From positions 256,001 to 320,000 of the forward strand of contig CBDBPB010000001.1 in the NCBI GenBank assembly GCA_965208615.1: a stretch of 64,000 nucleotides of DNA, written 5' to 3'. The translations under genes were made by a program, and so were the position numbers. Under the pieces are notes generated by a model. The model did not search any database, was not told the origin of the DNA, and saw only the letters and a list, made by a program, of their open reading frames with translations. Numbering within the stretch: the first letter of the stretch is position 1; the number at the start of each line of letters is the position of its first letter. The stretch comes from Spirochaetota bacterium. Its GTDB lineage: Bacteria > Spirochaetota > UBA6919 > CBDBPB01. Below, in pieces: positions 50,857 through 60,794 of this stretch.

Positions 50857-51912
50857 CTAATTCATATATCCAGCTTTAAAATTAACAATAACTGGCTCTC
50901 CACCCTTAGGAGACCATAATTCATCAACCTTAGAGGATAATAACCTAATACTACACTCCTCAGATGAGGCGTAAAACCTATTACCGTCAACAGCACAAAC
51001 CACAGGTCTAAGTTTATTCCTGTCATTCAATATTATAGCCCCATCATTATGAGTCAGAACAATACCAAAAGGCCCATTAACCACTGCAGGACCATATATC
51101 TGCCTCAATAACCTTAGCTTATTATCATTATTTCTGTCAATATCCTCCCAAAGAGGTGGAGCCATAGCACTACAAATATCCTCAATAGGCAAGCTATCCT
51201 TTCTTTGTAGCTTATCAAAAATATAACTTATAACCTCAGTATCCGTTCTAAGAAGGCACAAATAATTATACATCTTAAGCCACCTCGCATTTGTACCATA
51301 ACTGGTTATCTCACCATTATGAACACATGACTTATCCAATATACAAAAGGGATGAGCACCACCCCACCATCCAGGGGTATTGGTAGGAAAGCGATTATGA
51401 GCAGTCCACATATAACCTTTGTATTTGTCTATTCTAAAATAGTCAGCAATATCCTCAGGAAAGCCAACTCCCTTAAAGGCTCCCATATTCTTACCAGATG
51501 AGGCTACAAATGCTCTATCCAGCTGGTTAATGTGCATAACAATCTCAACAACACAGTCGTCTATAGTCTGACCGGGTAATAACTCATCCTCATGAGGTAA
51601 AACAAAATACCTCTTAAAGTATGGTCCAGTCATAATAGCCTTTGTTGGATATACAGGTATCTCCTCTTCATGATAGATCTTTGTCTTTAACCCTAAATAA
51701 TCCTCAACCCTTTGTATAACAGGATCATGACGGCCACCATCATACATAATATGAAAGGCATAATAATCCCTATATTCAGGATAAATACCATAAGCGGCAA
51801 ACCCACCACCAAGACCATTCCCCCTATCATGCTGTATTTTGATAGCCTCCCTAATATGACTACCATCTATTAGTTTTTTATCCGTATTAATAATCCCTAC
51901 AATTCCGCACAT
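50857..51912 (-). CDS. Class II glutamine amidotransferase subunit (GltB1/GlxB)
   Basis: N-terminal MCGI, RGNGLGGGFA.YGIYP, H.RFPTNTPGWWGGAHPF, HNGEI.SY, TDTE, DR.KLRP. Confidence 0.93.
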   Translation of the reverse strand: MCGIVGIINTDKKLIDGSHIREAIKIQHDRGNGLGGGFAAYGIYPEYRDYYAFHIMYDGGRHDPVIQRVEDYLGLKTKIYHEEEIPVYPTKAIMTGPYFKRYFVLPHEDELLPGQTIDDCVVEIVMHINQLDRAFVASSGKNMGAFKGVGFPEDIADYFRIDKYKGYMWTAHNRFPTNTPGWWGGAHPFCILDKSCVHNGEITSYGTNARWLKMYNYLCLLRTDTEVISYIFDKLQRKDSLPIEDICSAMAPPLWEDIDRNNDNKLRLLRQIYGPAVVNGPFGIVLTHNDGAIILNDRNKLRPVVCAVDGNRFYASSEECSIRLLSSKVDELWSPKGGEPVIVNFKAGYMN

Positions 51913-52689
51913 TTATGACCCCCTGTTTGTATATACTTTTAATCTTTCATTAGCGATTTCTGTATACTCTTTAGATATTTCTGAGCCAATCCATCTTCTG
52001 CCTAACAAATGTGCTACTTTAGCTGTAGCCCCGCTCCCCATAAACGGATCGTAAACCAAGTCATTTTTATTAGTCCATGTTTTAATCTGGTCGATAGCAA
52101 GTTGCTCGGGGAAAATAGCTGAGTGGTTATAAGCAATCTTATCCTTAGTGGATATACCCCCACCAATTGAGTAAAAGAATACATTACCTAGCTTTTTATT
52201 AGTCGTTCGGTTTACTTTTTTATAATTAAGAGTCCCAGCCTTTCCTCTATTTTTCATATTAGCAAGCCCCCTATATTTCGTTTGCTCTGTAATAGGATTA
52301 AAAGTCTTTGGACTGTCCTTTGAAAAAGCAAACATATATTCAAAGTGTTGATGATAACGCTTACCACTTGTAGGCATTGGATTGTTTTTATAGTAGATCA
52401 TAGTATCGTGCAAATTAAAGCCAACCTGTCTAAAATGTATTGCTTGCTTGAAAGAGGTTAATGTCTCACTACCGTTTTCTGTTTTATCTCCTACAACCCA
52501 GATAATCACTCCACCAACTTTTAATATTCTGTATAGCTCTTTTATTATGCTCTCAAATAAAAAGTTATAGCCGTTATAATCCCTTAAATCATCATAAGGT
52601 GGGGATGTTAAAACCATATCCACAAAATTATCCTCAAATAATTTCATAGTGTCAATACAGTTTTCTTGATAAATAGTATTTTCTTCCAT
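51913..52689 (-). CDS. Orphan beta-class N4-C/N6-A DNA methyltransferase
   Basis: Motif IV TSPPY near the N-terminus, H.AIFP, motif I DPFMGSG, IGSEIS.EY. Confidence 0.92.
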   Translation of the reverse strand: MEENTIYQENCIDTMKLFEDNFVDMVLTSPPYDDLRDYNGYNFLFESIIKELYRILKVGGVIIWVVGDKTENGSETLTSFKQAIHFRQVGFNLHDTMIYYKNNPMPTSGKRYHQHFEYMFAFSKDSPKTFNPITEQTKYRGLANMKNRGKAGTLNYKKVNRTTNKKLGNVFFYSIGGGISTKDKIAYNHSAIFPEQLAIDQIKTWTNKNDLVYDPFMGSGATAKVAHLLGRRWIGSEISKEYTEIANERLKVYTNRGS

Positions 52690-52730
52690 TTTACTACACT
52701 ATAGCAAATTATAAATAGGTTATAATAGTT

Positions 52731-54134
52731 TTAGTTACAAACTATGGTTGATTCTTCTTGTGTCGGCTTACTGTTTGCTTGCTTCTTAGTAAGAATGCTC
52801 TCTAAAAGAGGTGTCATACAGTTTAGTATTTTCATTTGAATGGCTATATTCCATAATGGTTCAAGCTTTCTCCACCCACTTGTATAAAAGAAATGCTTAA
52901 GTTTATTCCTTAGACTATCATGAATCGAACTGGCTTTAAAAATAGAACCCCATTCATAAAAATATTTATATGCTGTATCATATCCATTTTTTAGCTCCTC
53001 ACAAGTCATACCAACAGGTATGAATGTAACATTTCGAGTATTATATAAATCCCAGTTCTCTGTAATAATCCGTCCAGACTCTTTAAGACGCTTATAAAAT
53101 GCAGTACCAGGATAGGGAGTAGCAATATGAAAAGTAGCCGTTGTTATACCCATCTCTAATGCCCAGTCAACAGTTCTCTTAAAAACGTCTTTATTGTCTC
53201 CATCCAAACCAAAAACAAAGCTAGCGTTAATCATAACCCCAAGATCGTGAAGCCTATTAATGACTTTTTCATAGTCCTTATTAATGTTTTGCCGTTTATT
53301 ACTAACCTTAAGGCTATCAAAGTTTAAACTCTCAAAACCAATGAAAATGCTCTTTAGGCCAACCTCAGCGGCTAAATCAATAAGATCACTATTTAATATA
53401 GAATCTACAGTGGCTGCCCCCTGAAATATTCTATTCATACTCCTCATTTCGTAAAATAAGTTTCTAACAAAAGACTTAGCACCAAATAAGTGATCATCTA
53501 AAAAATAAAGATGTCTACCTTTAAGCTGCTCTATTTCATTTAATACATCATCTAACTTTTTTGTATAAAATGATTTTCCATTCTTAAAAAAGGAATCCTT
53601 ATAACAAAACTCACAGTGATAAGGACAACCCCTCGATATAATAAGAGAGTTCGGAACTAAATATAATCTTCTTTTTATTAAGTCTCTCCTCAAAGGAGGA
53701 ACATCAATTAATGATCTATGTTTAGAAATATATACTTTTTTAATCTTGCCTTTTCTGTAGTCAGATAAAAAAGTTGAGAATATACCTTCTCCAGGACCAA
53801 TAATAATAGAATCGGCATACATCTTTGCCTCTTTAGGTAAAGATGTTACATGCAATCCACCTAAAATAACAAAAATACCTTTCTTACGATAGTGATTAGC
53901 TATACGATATGCCCTATAAGCATTGGATATGTAAACTTGAATGGCAACAATATCAGGATCATCATCCAAGTATAACTTTTGAACATGCTCATTAACAACC
54001 TCTACTTCATCCGAAGGTAGTAAATAACCAGCAAGAGTTACTAATCCCAAAGGAGGAAAAAGTGAATACTTAATAGATCGCCTAATAGAACCCTCTACTT
54101 CATTAAAAGCTGGCATTATGAACTTTATTTTCAT
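52731..54134 (-). CDS. B12-binding domain radical SAM protein
   Basis: PPLGL.TLA, LGG.HVT..P, SRGCPYHCEFC, F.DD, GFES, TPYPGT. Confidence 0.93.
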   Translation of the reverse strand: MKIKFIMPAFNEVEGSIRRSIKYSLFPPLGLVTLAGYLLPSDEVEVVNEHVQKLYLDDDPDIVAIQVYISNAYRAYRIANHYRKKGIFVILGGLHVTSLPKEAKMYADSIIIGPGEGIFSTFLSDYRKGKIKKVYISKHRSLIDVPPLRRDLIKRRLYLVPNSLIISRGCPYHCEFCYKDSFFKNGKSFYTKKLDDVLNEIEQLKGRHLYFLDDHLFGAKSFVRNLFYEMRSMNRIFQGAATVDSILNSDLIDLAAEVGLKSIFIGFESLNFDSLKVSNKRQNINKDYEKVINRLHDLGVMINASFVFGLDGDNKDVFKRTVDWALEMGITTATFHIATPYPGTAFYKRLKESGRIITENWDLYNTRNVTFIPVGMTCEELKNGYDTAYKYFYEWGSIFKASSIHDSLRNKLKHFFYTSGWRKLEPLWNIAIQMKILNCMTPLLESILTKKQANSKPTQEESTIVCN

Positions 54135-54217
54135 TAGATACCCTCTCTAACAATCCTCCAATATAACCAGCATTCAATTATTCCAATTCTACTTTAGCTA
54201 CATATCCTAAACCAAAA

Positions 54218-56977
54218 TTAGATAGTGTTAGGAATAATCTTGGAAAACTGATCCAATATCTTATCAGAATCTTTGTTAAACTTATTAGAAAATAAAGCTA
54301 ACTGCTTGTCATACTCTTTGTCAATACTGATCTTTGAAAAAACATTTATAAAATCAATAATCTCTTTCTTTAAAAAAGACCTATCCTCAATATCACTAAC
54401 CATACCAATATTCTTAACCCCAACACCAAGCTGATTCTTATGAACCTTACCCCTAATATAAGACGCTCCAGCTGACATACCACTACAAGCATAATACCCA
54501 ACAGGAGAGTCTATGTCAAAAATGTTTAATAATATTCCAATCCCCCCTTGAGCATACTCCATAAAATAATCACCCATACCCTTATCCTTGCTAAGACCAA
54601 ATATGCCAACAGGTGGCTCCCTATCACTAATAAGAGGTGCAAAGGTTTTTAAAAACTCCTCCCAACCTAAACTGTCAATAAGCCCCTTTCGCTTTTGATA
54701 GTGAAAAAGCAATTCATTAATAATATCAGTCTTTTCCAAACCCTCATACCTTTTAGGATTAATGTTTTTCCATACCTCTGGTAAGCCTGCCTTGAAAAGT
54801 AAAAGACTCCTAACCCCTCCAGCCTTAGCAACCCTAAACTTACCAGAAACCGCATAAGACGCAAATAAATCATTAACCTCACCAGATATGTTAATCTCAC
54901 TAGGGTTAGACGTATTAGCAACACCAACCTGTGCATTACCACGAATAGTCATAACATTTGTATGAGCAGGATATGTAGTAACCTTGGTATCCCTTATAAA
55001 AGCAAAAGAATTATTACCAACTAACCCATGAACGTTTATCTCATCAGCCTTAACCCCAGTACCAATATACCTGTGTCCAACAACATTCTGTAAAGTGAAC
55101 CTCCTAACCCCCATATCACTTGCCCTTTTCATAATTAGATTAAGAACACGGCTATCAACTCTATCAACCCCAACATCAATCTCTAAAAAGTCATTGTTTA
55201 TGCCTTTTAGGTATCCATCGATCAAAAAGCTATTCTCATCATAGCTCTCATTTTCACTTTTAAATATTGCATGCTTCTTTTTACCAGGTAGAATAACATT
55301 ATTCAACTGCTTTTTCCATTCTTTTTTACCAAAAGTCTCATACAAAAGAGGGTCATTACCATGATAGCGAAACCTTCGTGATCCAACAACATCCGCAAGA
55401 GTACTCATACCAAGCCCAGCGGCAAGTCCTTCCATATCGTGGATGAAACTCTTATTCATATTAATAATTCTATTAGAACCCTCTTCTGGATCAATCCGTG
55501 TACCATAAGGACGTGAGGTAATACCCCATGCACATTGATCAGTATGACAACGCTTACAAAGAGTACAGCCCAAAGGGTGCAAATGCCTCATACCCATACC
55601 CACAAAGTCTGCCCCAGCTAAAAAGGTTAAAAATGCACTAAAAGAATCAGTAAGCCCCCCTTCTGCAATAATAGAGACAGACTCCCTAAGCCCCTCTGCC
55701 CTTAAAGCAAAATCAGCTATGTGTGCAAGATAAACAGTATTTAATCCCCTATTTTGTAAGTCAACATGATGAGCCGCACCAGTAGAACCATCACCACCCT
55801 TTATCGTAATATAATCAAACCCAGCCTTTGCTAATGCCACTACAATCTCTGCATAGTTCCAAGCAGTACCATAAGCATCAGCTCCTATTAGCTTGTCATC
55901 CCCCACAACAGCCCTAAGAGTCTCTACCCTCATTGGCAATTCTTCAATAGAATATTGTAAATGTTGTGGATTAGGTGCAGTAAGAGTCCTTAATGCCTCA
56001 ACACACCTAAGAAGAGCGATCTCTAAATCGTTTTTAGGAGCAGGTAAACGTCCTCCCTTACCCTTTTTAGCATCCTGACCATACTTCATATTAAAACCAG
56101 CAAACTTATCCAGCTCTACCCAAGAACCATAACCACCAGACCCAAACTGAATAATACAATATTGAAAAGCCGACTCAAAGTCTGGATGTATAAACCCTTC
56201 ACCTGTGAAAAATGGCCTTTGCAAGCTAATAGACGCCATCATCCTAGCCATAAACGCCTCATGACTATTAGAACCATAACTCTGATTAACATCAAATATA
56301 GGACACTCAATCCTAAACCTTGCATTACGTTTTCCAAGATATGATTGACGTAAGTTACCAGCATACTCATGACGATTATCCCTCTGAGGACTAAGTATCT
56401 CAGCCGCATCAATAAGCCATTCATTGCGTATCTTAGAAGGAAGCTCACCTAAATGAGCAGAACCCACCATAGACCTTCCCTCACTACGTTGTATAGCCCC
56501 GTTAATTACAGAGTGATCACTTAAACTACATCCAATAGAGTTATAATCCCTTTCTTCATATACCTGAATAGCACCTCTAGGACACTCCTTTACACACCTC
56601 TTACAATTACAACACTCCTCCTGAACAATGTGGAGTACCTTATCAACAAATACAGCCTCTTGACCATCATCAGGATATATATGATTGCCATCCTTATCAA
56701 CAGCAATCTCCTCCATCCTGAATACTCCAAAAGGTAAATCAGGTCTGTCTAAATTATGAGTACAGGCAATTACACACGTACCACAATGTATACATCCCTT
56801 ACCTGGTTCTTCGTTCTCAGAAGTAACCTTAACCCTATACTTAGAGCCAATATTACTAATACTAAGCCTATTAGGCTCGTCGTGAACAATAAATGTCTTT
56901 CTTATTAGCTTATTTGCATTATCAGGAAGTTTATAATCGTTTATGATTAAGTTTTCAGGAAGCTTTTTTCCACTCAT
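54218..56977 (-). CDS. Diverged glutamate-synthase-like FMN protein with N-terminal ferredoxin and C-terminal GXGXG domain
   Basis: CIHCGTC...C and CCNCKRC...CP; FTGEG; KYGQDAKKGKGGRLP; YSIEEL; GCTLCKRCHTDQCAWGIT; GHRYIGTG, GDYFMEYAQGG; ATG at 56977 preferred. Confidence 0.85.
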   Translation of the reverse strand: MSGKKLPENLIINDYKLPDNANKLIRKTFIVHDEPNRLSISNIGSKYRVKVTSENEEPGKGCIHCGTCVIACTHNLDRPDLPFGVFRMEEIAVDKDGNHIYPDDGQEAVFVDKVLHIVQEECCNCKRCVKECPRGAIQVYEERDYNSIGCSLSDHSVINGAIQRSEGRSMVGSAHLGELPSKIRNEWLIDAAEILSPQRDNRHEYAGNLRQSYLGKRNARFRIECPIFDVNQSYGSNSHEAFMARMMASISLQRPFFTGEGFIHPDFESAFQYCIIQFGSGGYGSWVELDKFAGFNMKYGQDAKKGKGGRLPAPKNDLEIALLRCVEALRTLTAPNPQHLQYSIEELPMRVETLRAVVGDDKLIGADAYGTAWNYAEIVVALAKAGFDYITIKGGDGSTGAAHHVDLQNRGLNTVYLAHIADFALRAEGLRESVSIIAEGGLTDSFSAFLTFLAGADFVGMGMRHLHPLGCTLCKRCHTDQCAWGITSRPYGTRIDPEEGSNRIINMNKSFIHDMEGLAAGLGMSTLADVVGSRRFRYHGNDPLLYETFGKKEWKKQLNNVILPGKKKHAIFKSENESYDENSFLIDGYLKGINNDFLEIDVGVDRVDSRVLNLIMKRASDMGVRRFTLQNVVGHRYIGTGVKADEINVHGLVGNNSFAFIRDTKVTTYPAHTNVMTIRGNAQVGVANTSNPSEINISGEVNDLFASYAVSGKFRVAKAGGVRSLLLFKAGLPEVWKNINPKRYEGLEKTDIINELLFHYQKRKGLIDSLGWEEFLKTFAPLISDREPPVGIFGLSKDKGMGDYFMEYAQGGIGILLNIFDIDSPVGYYACSGMSAGASYIRGKVHKNQLGVGVKNIGMVSDIEDRSFLKKEIIDFINVFSKISIDKEYDKQLALFSNKFNKDSDKILDQFSKIIPNTI

Positions 56978-58121
56978 AGTCCAACCTTTTAGGAACTCCA
57001 TTATTAATATCAAAGGCAACTACCTTACCCGCATCAGGATTGAATATCTCAATATCCTCTCCAAGAGCATAAGCGGCCATAACAACAGCTCTCTCTTCAC
57101 TAGCCATAAACGTAACCTTATCATTATAACCAATAGTAAATGCTCTTAGATGATCCCTGTCAGTCAAGCCAATAAGAATATCCCCAATAAGAACAATGGC
57201 TGTAGTTGGTCCACTAAACTTAAATCTATTTAAGATAGAGTTAGAAGTTAACTTATGATAAATATCCCTTTCTTTATCTTCCATTAACTCTGCCTCTTTT
57301 GGGAACTTACGGCATACAATCCATTCAATCTCTTTTAAAGAATAGTTATTTTCAAGCAAATAATGCAGTAACTTAAAAATAGCCTCTGAATCAGTACCCA
57401 CATGAAGAGGTATGCCTATTTGCTCTAGAGCTATGGCATTGGACTTATCAGATGATAGGTGTCCATTATGAGTACCAGATACATTACCAAGAGCAATAGG
57501 TTGTGGACCCCACCATAACCCTCTACCCCTACTTGTTGGCCATCTCATGTGAATCTGACAAGCTGTTATATCCCTATCCTCGTACTGAGCAATGTCAAAT
57601 ATGTTAAGAGTATCATCCAACTGAAAAGCGGTTAAAAATGTACCCGAATCCTGACTGCTAGAGAATATCCTCGTATCGTTAATATGGTGCATATTAAACT
57701 CAGTGACCTTTTTTCTTATGTATAACATAGGGTCTAAAATCTGATCAGTATATAACATTCTCTCAGTCTTTGGAGTGGTTACCTGATAACTAAATAACTC
57801 AGGCATATCATATTCATAATACCATTTTTTCTCAACCAAAGGACGCTTTTTATCTATAGCAAAACCCCAACCCTTTAACACATTCTCAAGCTCACTAATA
57901 TTAGAACGATTCCTATACATAACATGAAAATGAAATATATTATCACCCTTATAAGGATATACACCCTTTAATGTAACCCCAGAACCTGTTCTACCCCTAT
58001 ATTGCAAGCAATAAGCAGCATTCAATACATTGCTAAGCTTAAACTGTCCAGCCGCAGTTAATAAACCACATGCACCAGGTGGTATACCCTCGTCCCCACC
58101 ACTAAATGTCCTTATATCCAT
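56955..58121 (-). CDS. Diverged class II glutamine amidotransferase-like subunit
   Basis: ACGLL after a 17-aa leader, YRG..GSG, H.RWPTS....WWGPQP, HNGHLSS, GTDSE, DRDHLR, ASEE. Confidence 0.82.
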   Translation of the reverse strand: MDIRTFSGGDEGIPPGACGLLTAAGQFKLSNVLNAAYCLQYRGRTGSGVTLKGVYPYKGDNIFHFHVMYRNRSNISELENVLKGWGFAIDKKRPLVEKKWYYEYDMPELFSYQVTTPKTERMLYTDQILDPMLYIRKKVTEFNMHHINDTRIFSSSQDSGTFLTAFQLDDTLNIFDIAQYEDRDITACQIHMRWPTSRGRGLWWGPQPIALGNVSGTHNGHLSSDKSNAIALEQIGIPLHVGTDSEAIFKLLHYLLENNYSLKEIEWIVCRKFPKEAELMEDKERDIYHKLTSNSILNRFKFSGPTTAIVLIGDILIGLTDRDHLRAFTIGYNDKVTFMASEERAVVMAAYALGEDIEIFNPDAGKVVAFDINNGVPKRLDYEWKKAS

Positions 58122-58171
58122 AATATATACCCAATTAAGTTGATTATATCAAATCTAAAATATAATAAGGC

Positions 58172-59902
58172 CTAATAAGCTATGTCATCGTAAGATATAT
58201 ATTGCTTATCCACAATGTCTTTCCAGTTATTATCATAGGGAACAATTGCCATTGCATTCCTTGGACAGCCTGTAACACTATCCTTTGTTTGGCTACTTAC
58301 TTTTTCTTTAATAAATTTATAAAAATGACTATCTTTTTTAGCATTCCAATTCTTAGAAAGCTTTAATATGCTCTCATTAGCATAATCACGACACCAATCA
58401 CACTGGATGCATATACCACAATTCCAACACCTTGATGCCTTTGACATAGCAAGATCATCAGATAAAGGTAAATCAACCTCTTTAAAATTGCCTTTTCTTT
58501 CTTCAATGGATAACTTACCCAACCTTAACCTCGCCTCAACAGGGAAGTACCTCTTTTTAATAGTATCATAAAAAGCAACGTCGTCATTATATTTAGGACG
58601 TTCAAGGTTCTCACCCAAATAATTACGAACCTCTATAGCCGTATCCTGTGAAGCCCCTACAGCCCTAACTACCATCCCAACAGAGCCACTATTGCCCTGA
58701 AGAGCATCCCCAGTAATGAAAAGCTTATCCTTGTCTTCTTTTTCTAAAGCGTCTATAAAGATATTATACCCTTCTATCCTATAATCAGAAGTAATAAAAC
58801 TTAAATCTGGCGTCTCACCAATAGCCGTAATAACAGTATCCACCTCCAATTGATAGATAGACCCCTTAATAGGCACAGGACGCCTTCTACCAGATGAATC
58901 AACATCCCCTAATCTCATTCTCTCCATAGAAAGCTGAAGTTTTCCACTCTTAAGCTTTTTTATATCAGTAGGTGCAGTAAGAAAACTAAAATCAATACCC
59001 TCTTTTTTAGCCTCATCTACCTCACCCGGATGAGCAGTCATCTCAGTCATACTACGCCTATAATAAACACTAGGATTAGCACCAAGACGTATAGACGACC
59101 TTGCAACATCAAAAGCTGTATACCCACCCCCAATAATAGCAATATCCTTACCAACTTCCAATGACTTAAGAAGTCCGTTATAATTAGCACTCTTAAAATC
59201 TTGATGGTAATATAAATTACGTAAAAACTCTAAACCCACCTTAACGTCACTTAAGTTATCCCCAGATATACCCATAGACCTTGCTTTTTGAGCTCCAGTT
59301 GCAATAACTATTGCATCATGCTCCTTTATAAGGCTTTTTAAAAAGCCCCAATCTACAGGCTTATCGAGCCTAATATCAACACCAAAACTCTTTATATAAT
59401 TTATTTCATAATCCCTAAGCTCAAAAGGATAACGAAAAGGTGGTATACCTTCAAATAAAATACCACCAGCCTCTTTATGACGCTCGTATACTATAACATC
59501 ATAACCTGCTCTTGCAAGAAAATATGCACTAGATAAGCCGGCGGGTCCAGAACCAATAACAGCAATAGACTTATTCTTTCTATGTTCAACAGGCTTTGCT
59601 AATATGTTATTTTTAAAGCCATAGTCCGATGCAAAACGTTCTAAGTATTTAATATCCACAGCACTGTCAAACTTAGCCCTATTACAAGCAGTTTCACATG
59701 GATGATCACAAAAACGACCACAACCACCAGAAAATGGATTGGTCTCTTTTAATATGTTGAAGGCCTTAAGAAAGTCTCCAACACTAATACTATAAATAAA
59801 CCTGGCAATGTCATTACGTGCTGGACAGCCACCATTACCTAAATGATCTATCGAATAACACGGACTCTTCTTGTTATAATAAATAGGATATAGCTTTTTC
59901 AT
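58172..59902 (-). CDS. GltD-like FAD/Fe-S oxidoreductase with C-terminal Cys cluster
   Basis: SPC...CP, NPF...CGRFC.HPCE..CNR, GSGPAGL, GGGYTAFD.AR, YRR, RCWNCG.C..C..C. Confidence 0.9.
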   Translation of the reverse strand: MKKLYPIYYNKKSPCYSIDHLGNGGCPARNDIARFIYSISVGDFLKAFNILKETNPFSGGCGRFCDHPCETACNRAKFDSAVDIKYLERFASDYGFKNNILAKPVEHRKNKSIAVIGSGPAGLSSAYFLARAGYDVIVYERHKEAGGILFEGIPPFRYPFELRDYEINYIKSFGVDIRLDKPVDWGFLKSLIKEHDAIVIATGAQKARSMGISGDNLSDVKVGLEFLRNLYYHQDFKSANYNGLLKSLEVGKDIAIIGGGYTAFDVARSSIRLGANPSVYYRRSMTEMTAHPGEVDEAKKEGIDFSFLTAPTDIKKLKSGKLQLSMERMRLGDVDSSGRRRPVPIKGSIYQLEVDTVITAIGETPDLSFITSDYRIEGYNIFIDALEKEDKDKLFITGDALQGNSGSVGMVVRAVGASQDTAIEVRNYLGENLERPKYNDDVAFYDTIKKRYFPVEARLRLGKLSIEERKGNFKEVDLPLSDDLAMSKASRCWNCGICIQCDWCRDYANESILKLSKNWNAKKDSHFYKFIKEKVSSQTKDSVTGCPRNAMAIVPYDNNWKDIVDKQYISYDDIAY

Positions 59903-60047
59903 GTTCTACCCTGACTAATATCCCCATATAAAATATTTAATGTATAAATAAAGGACAATTACAATAACTCAGCGTAAGTATAATAATTTCTTAAAAGGCT
60001 TGTTCTTTAACTACCTTTTGGATGGCTATAAGTGCTAAATATTAATG

Positions 60048-60236
60048 CTACTTTACTTCTTTATGTATTGTATGTTTTCTTTCAAACCTACAATACTTTT
60101 TTATTTCCATCTTACCTGTTGTATTTTTTCTATTTTTAGTCGTTGAGTATCGAGAAACATTTGGAATACCACTATCCCTACACTCAGTACACTCTAAGGA
60201 TATAATTATTCTACTCTCAGCCTTCTTTTTTGCCAT
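60048..60236 (-). CDS. rpmG: 50S ribosomal protein L33
   Basis: MAKKK..RIII.LECTEC...[17 protein letters not shown]....HT.HKE.K; start ATG at 60236. Confidence 0.95.
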   Translation of the reverse strand: MAKKKAESRIIISLECTECRDSGIPNVSRYSTTKNRKNTTGKMEIKKYCRFERKHTIHKEVK

Positions 60237-60409
60237 TGTTTTACCTTGAAAGTTAACATAAAATAAGTTTTTTTTAATTAGGAGTATTAATAATAATAGT
60301 TTTATCAAAAGGAGTCAAGAAAAATACTATAGAGTAAATCTATTTGTAGTTAAAGCTTTAATAATTTTAAAAAATTATTGATATATTAATTTGACTATAG
60401 ATAAAAAAA

Positions 60410-60595
60410 TTAGTTTTTACTATATTTTTTTTTTCCCCATTTATCTTTAAAATCAGCAGAATATTGTGAAATCCATTCTAAGGCCGCTTGTTGAAAACCA
60501 ATATCACGACACTTTTTTTCACTTTCTATCCATTTATATTGATTAATTTCGTCAATTTGAGCTAATAAAAAAGTTTTAAGCTCTTTTTCATTCAT
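60410..60595 (-). CDS. Small DUF4032-like protein
   Basis: EI..YKWIESEK...DIGF..AA.EWI.QY. Confidence 0.8.
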   Translation of the reverse strand: MNEKELKTFLLAQIDEINQYKWIESEKKCRDIGFQQAALEWISQYSADFKDKWGKKKYSKN

Positions 60596-60629
60596 AAGCT
60601 ACACAATTATACTTGTAATTTATAAGCAA

Positions 60630-60794
60630 TTAGTACCAACTATTTTTAAAGTCAGCAGAATATTGCTCTATCCACTCTTTTGCCGCCTGATGAAAACCAA
60701 TATCACAACATCTTTTTTCGCTTTCTATCCACTTATATCGGTTAATTTCATCGATTTGAGATATTAAGTACATCTTTAATTCTTTTGCATTCAT
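60630..60794 (-). CDS. Small DUF4032-like protein, tandem paralogue (54 aa, absent from the ORF track)
   Basis: Manual translation MNAKELKMYLISQIDEINRYKWIESEKRCCDIGFHQAAKEWIEQYSADFKNSWY. Confidence 0.82.
   Translation of the reverse strand: MNAKELKMYLISQIDEINRYKWIESEKRCCDIGFHQAAKEWIEQYSADFKNSWY

Noticed and set aside
47868-54217. Integron cassette array for the passenger genes
   Set aside because: No integrase and no recognisable attC inverted-repeat structure at the junctions
60048-60308. 86-aa extended L33 from the ORF track
   Set aside because: The upstream TTG extension is non-homologous; the protein starts at MAKKK (60236)
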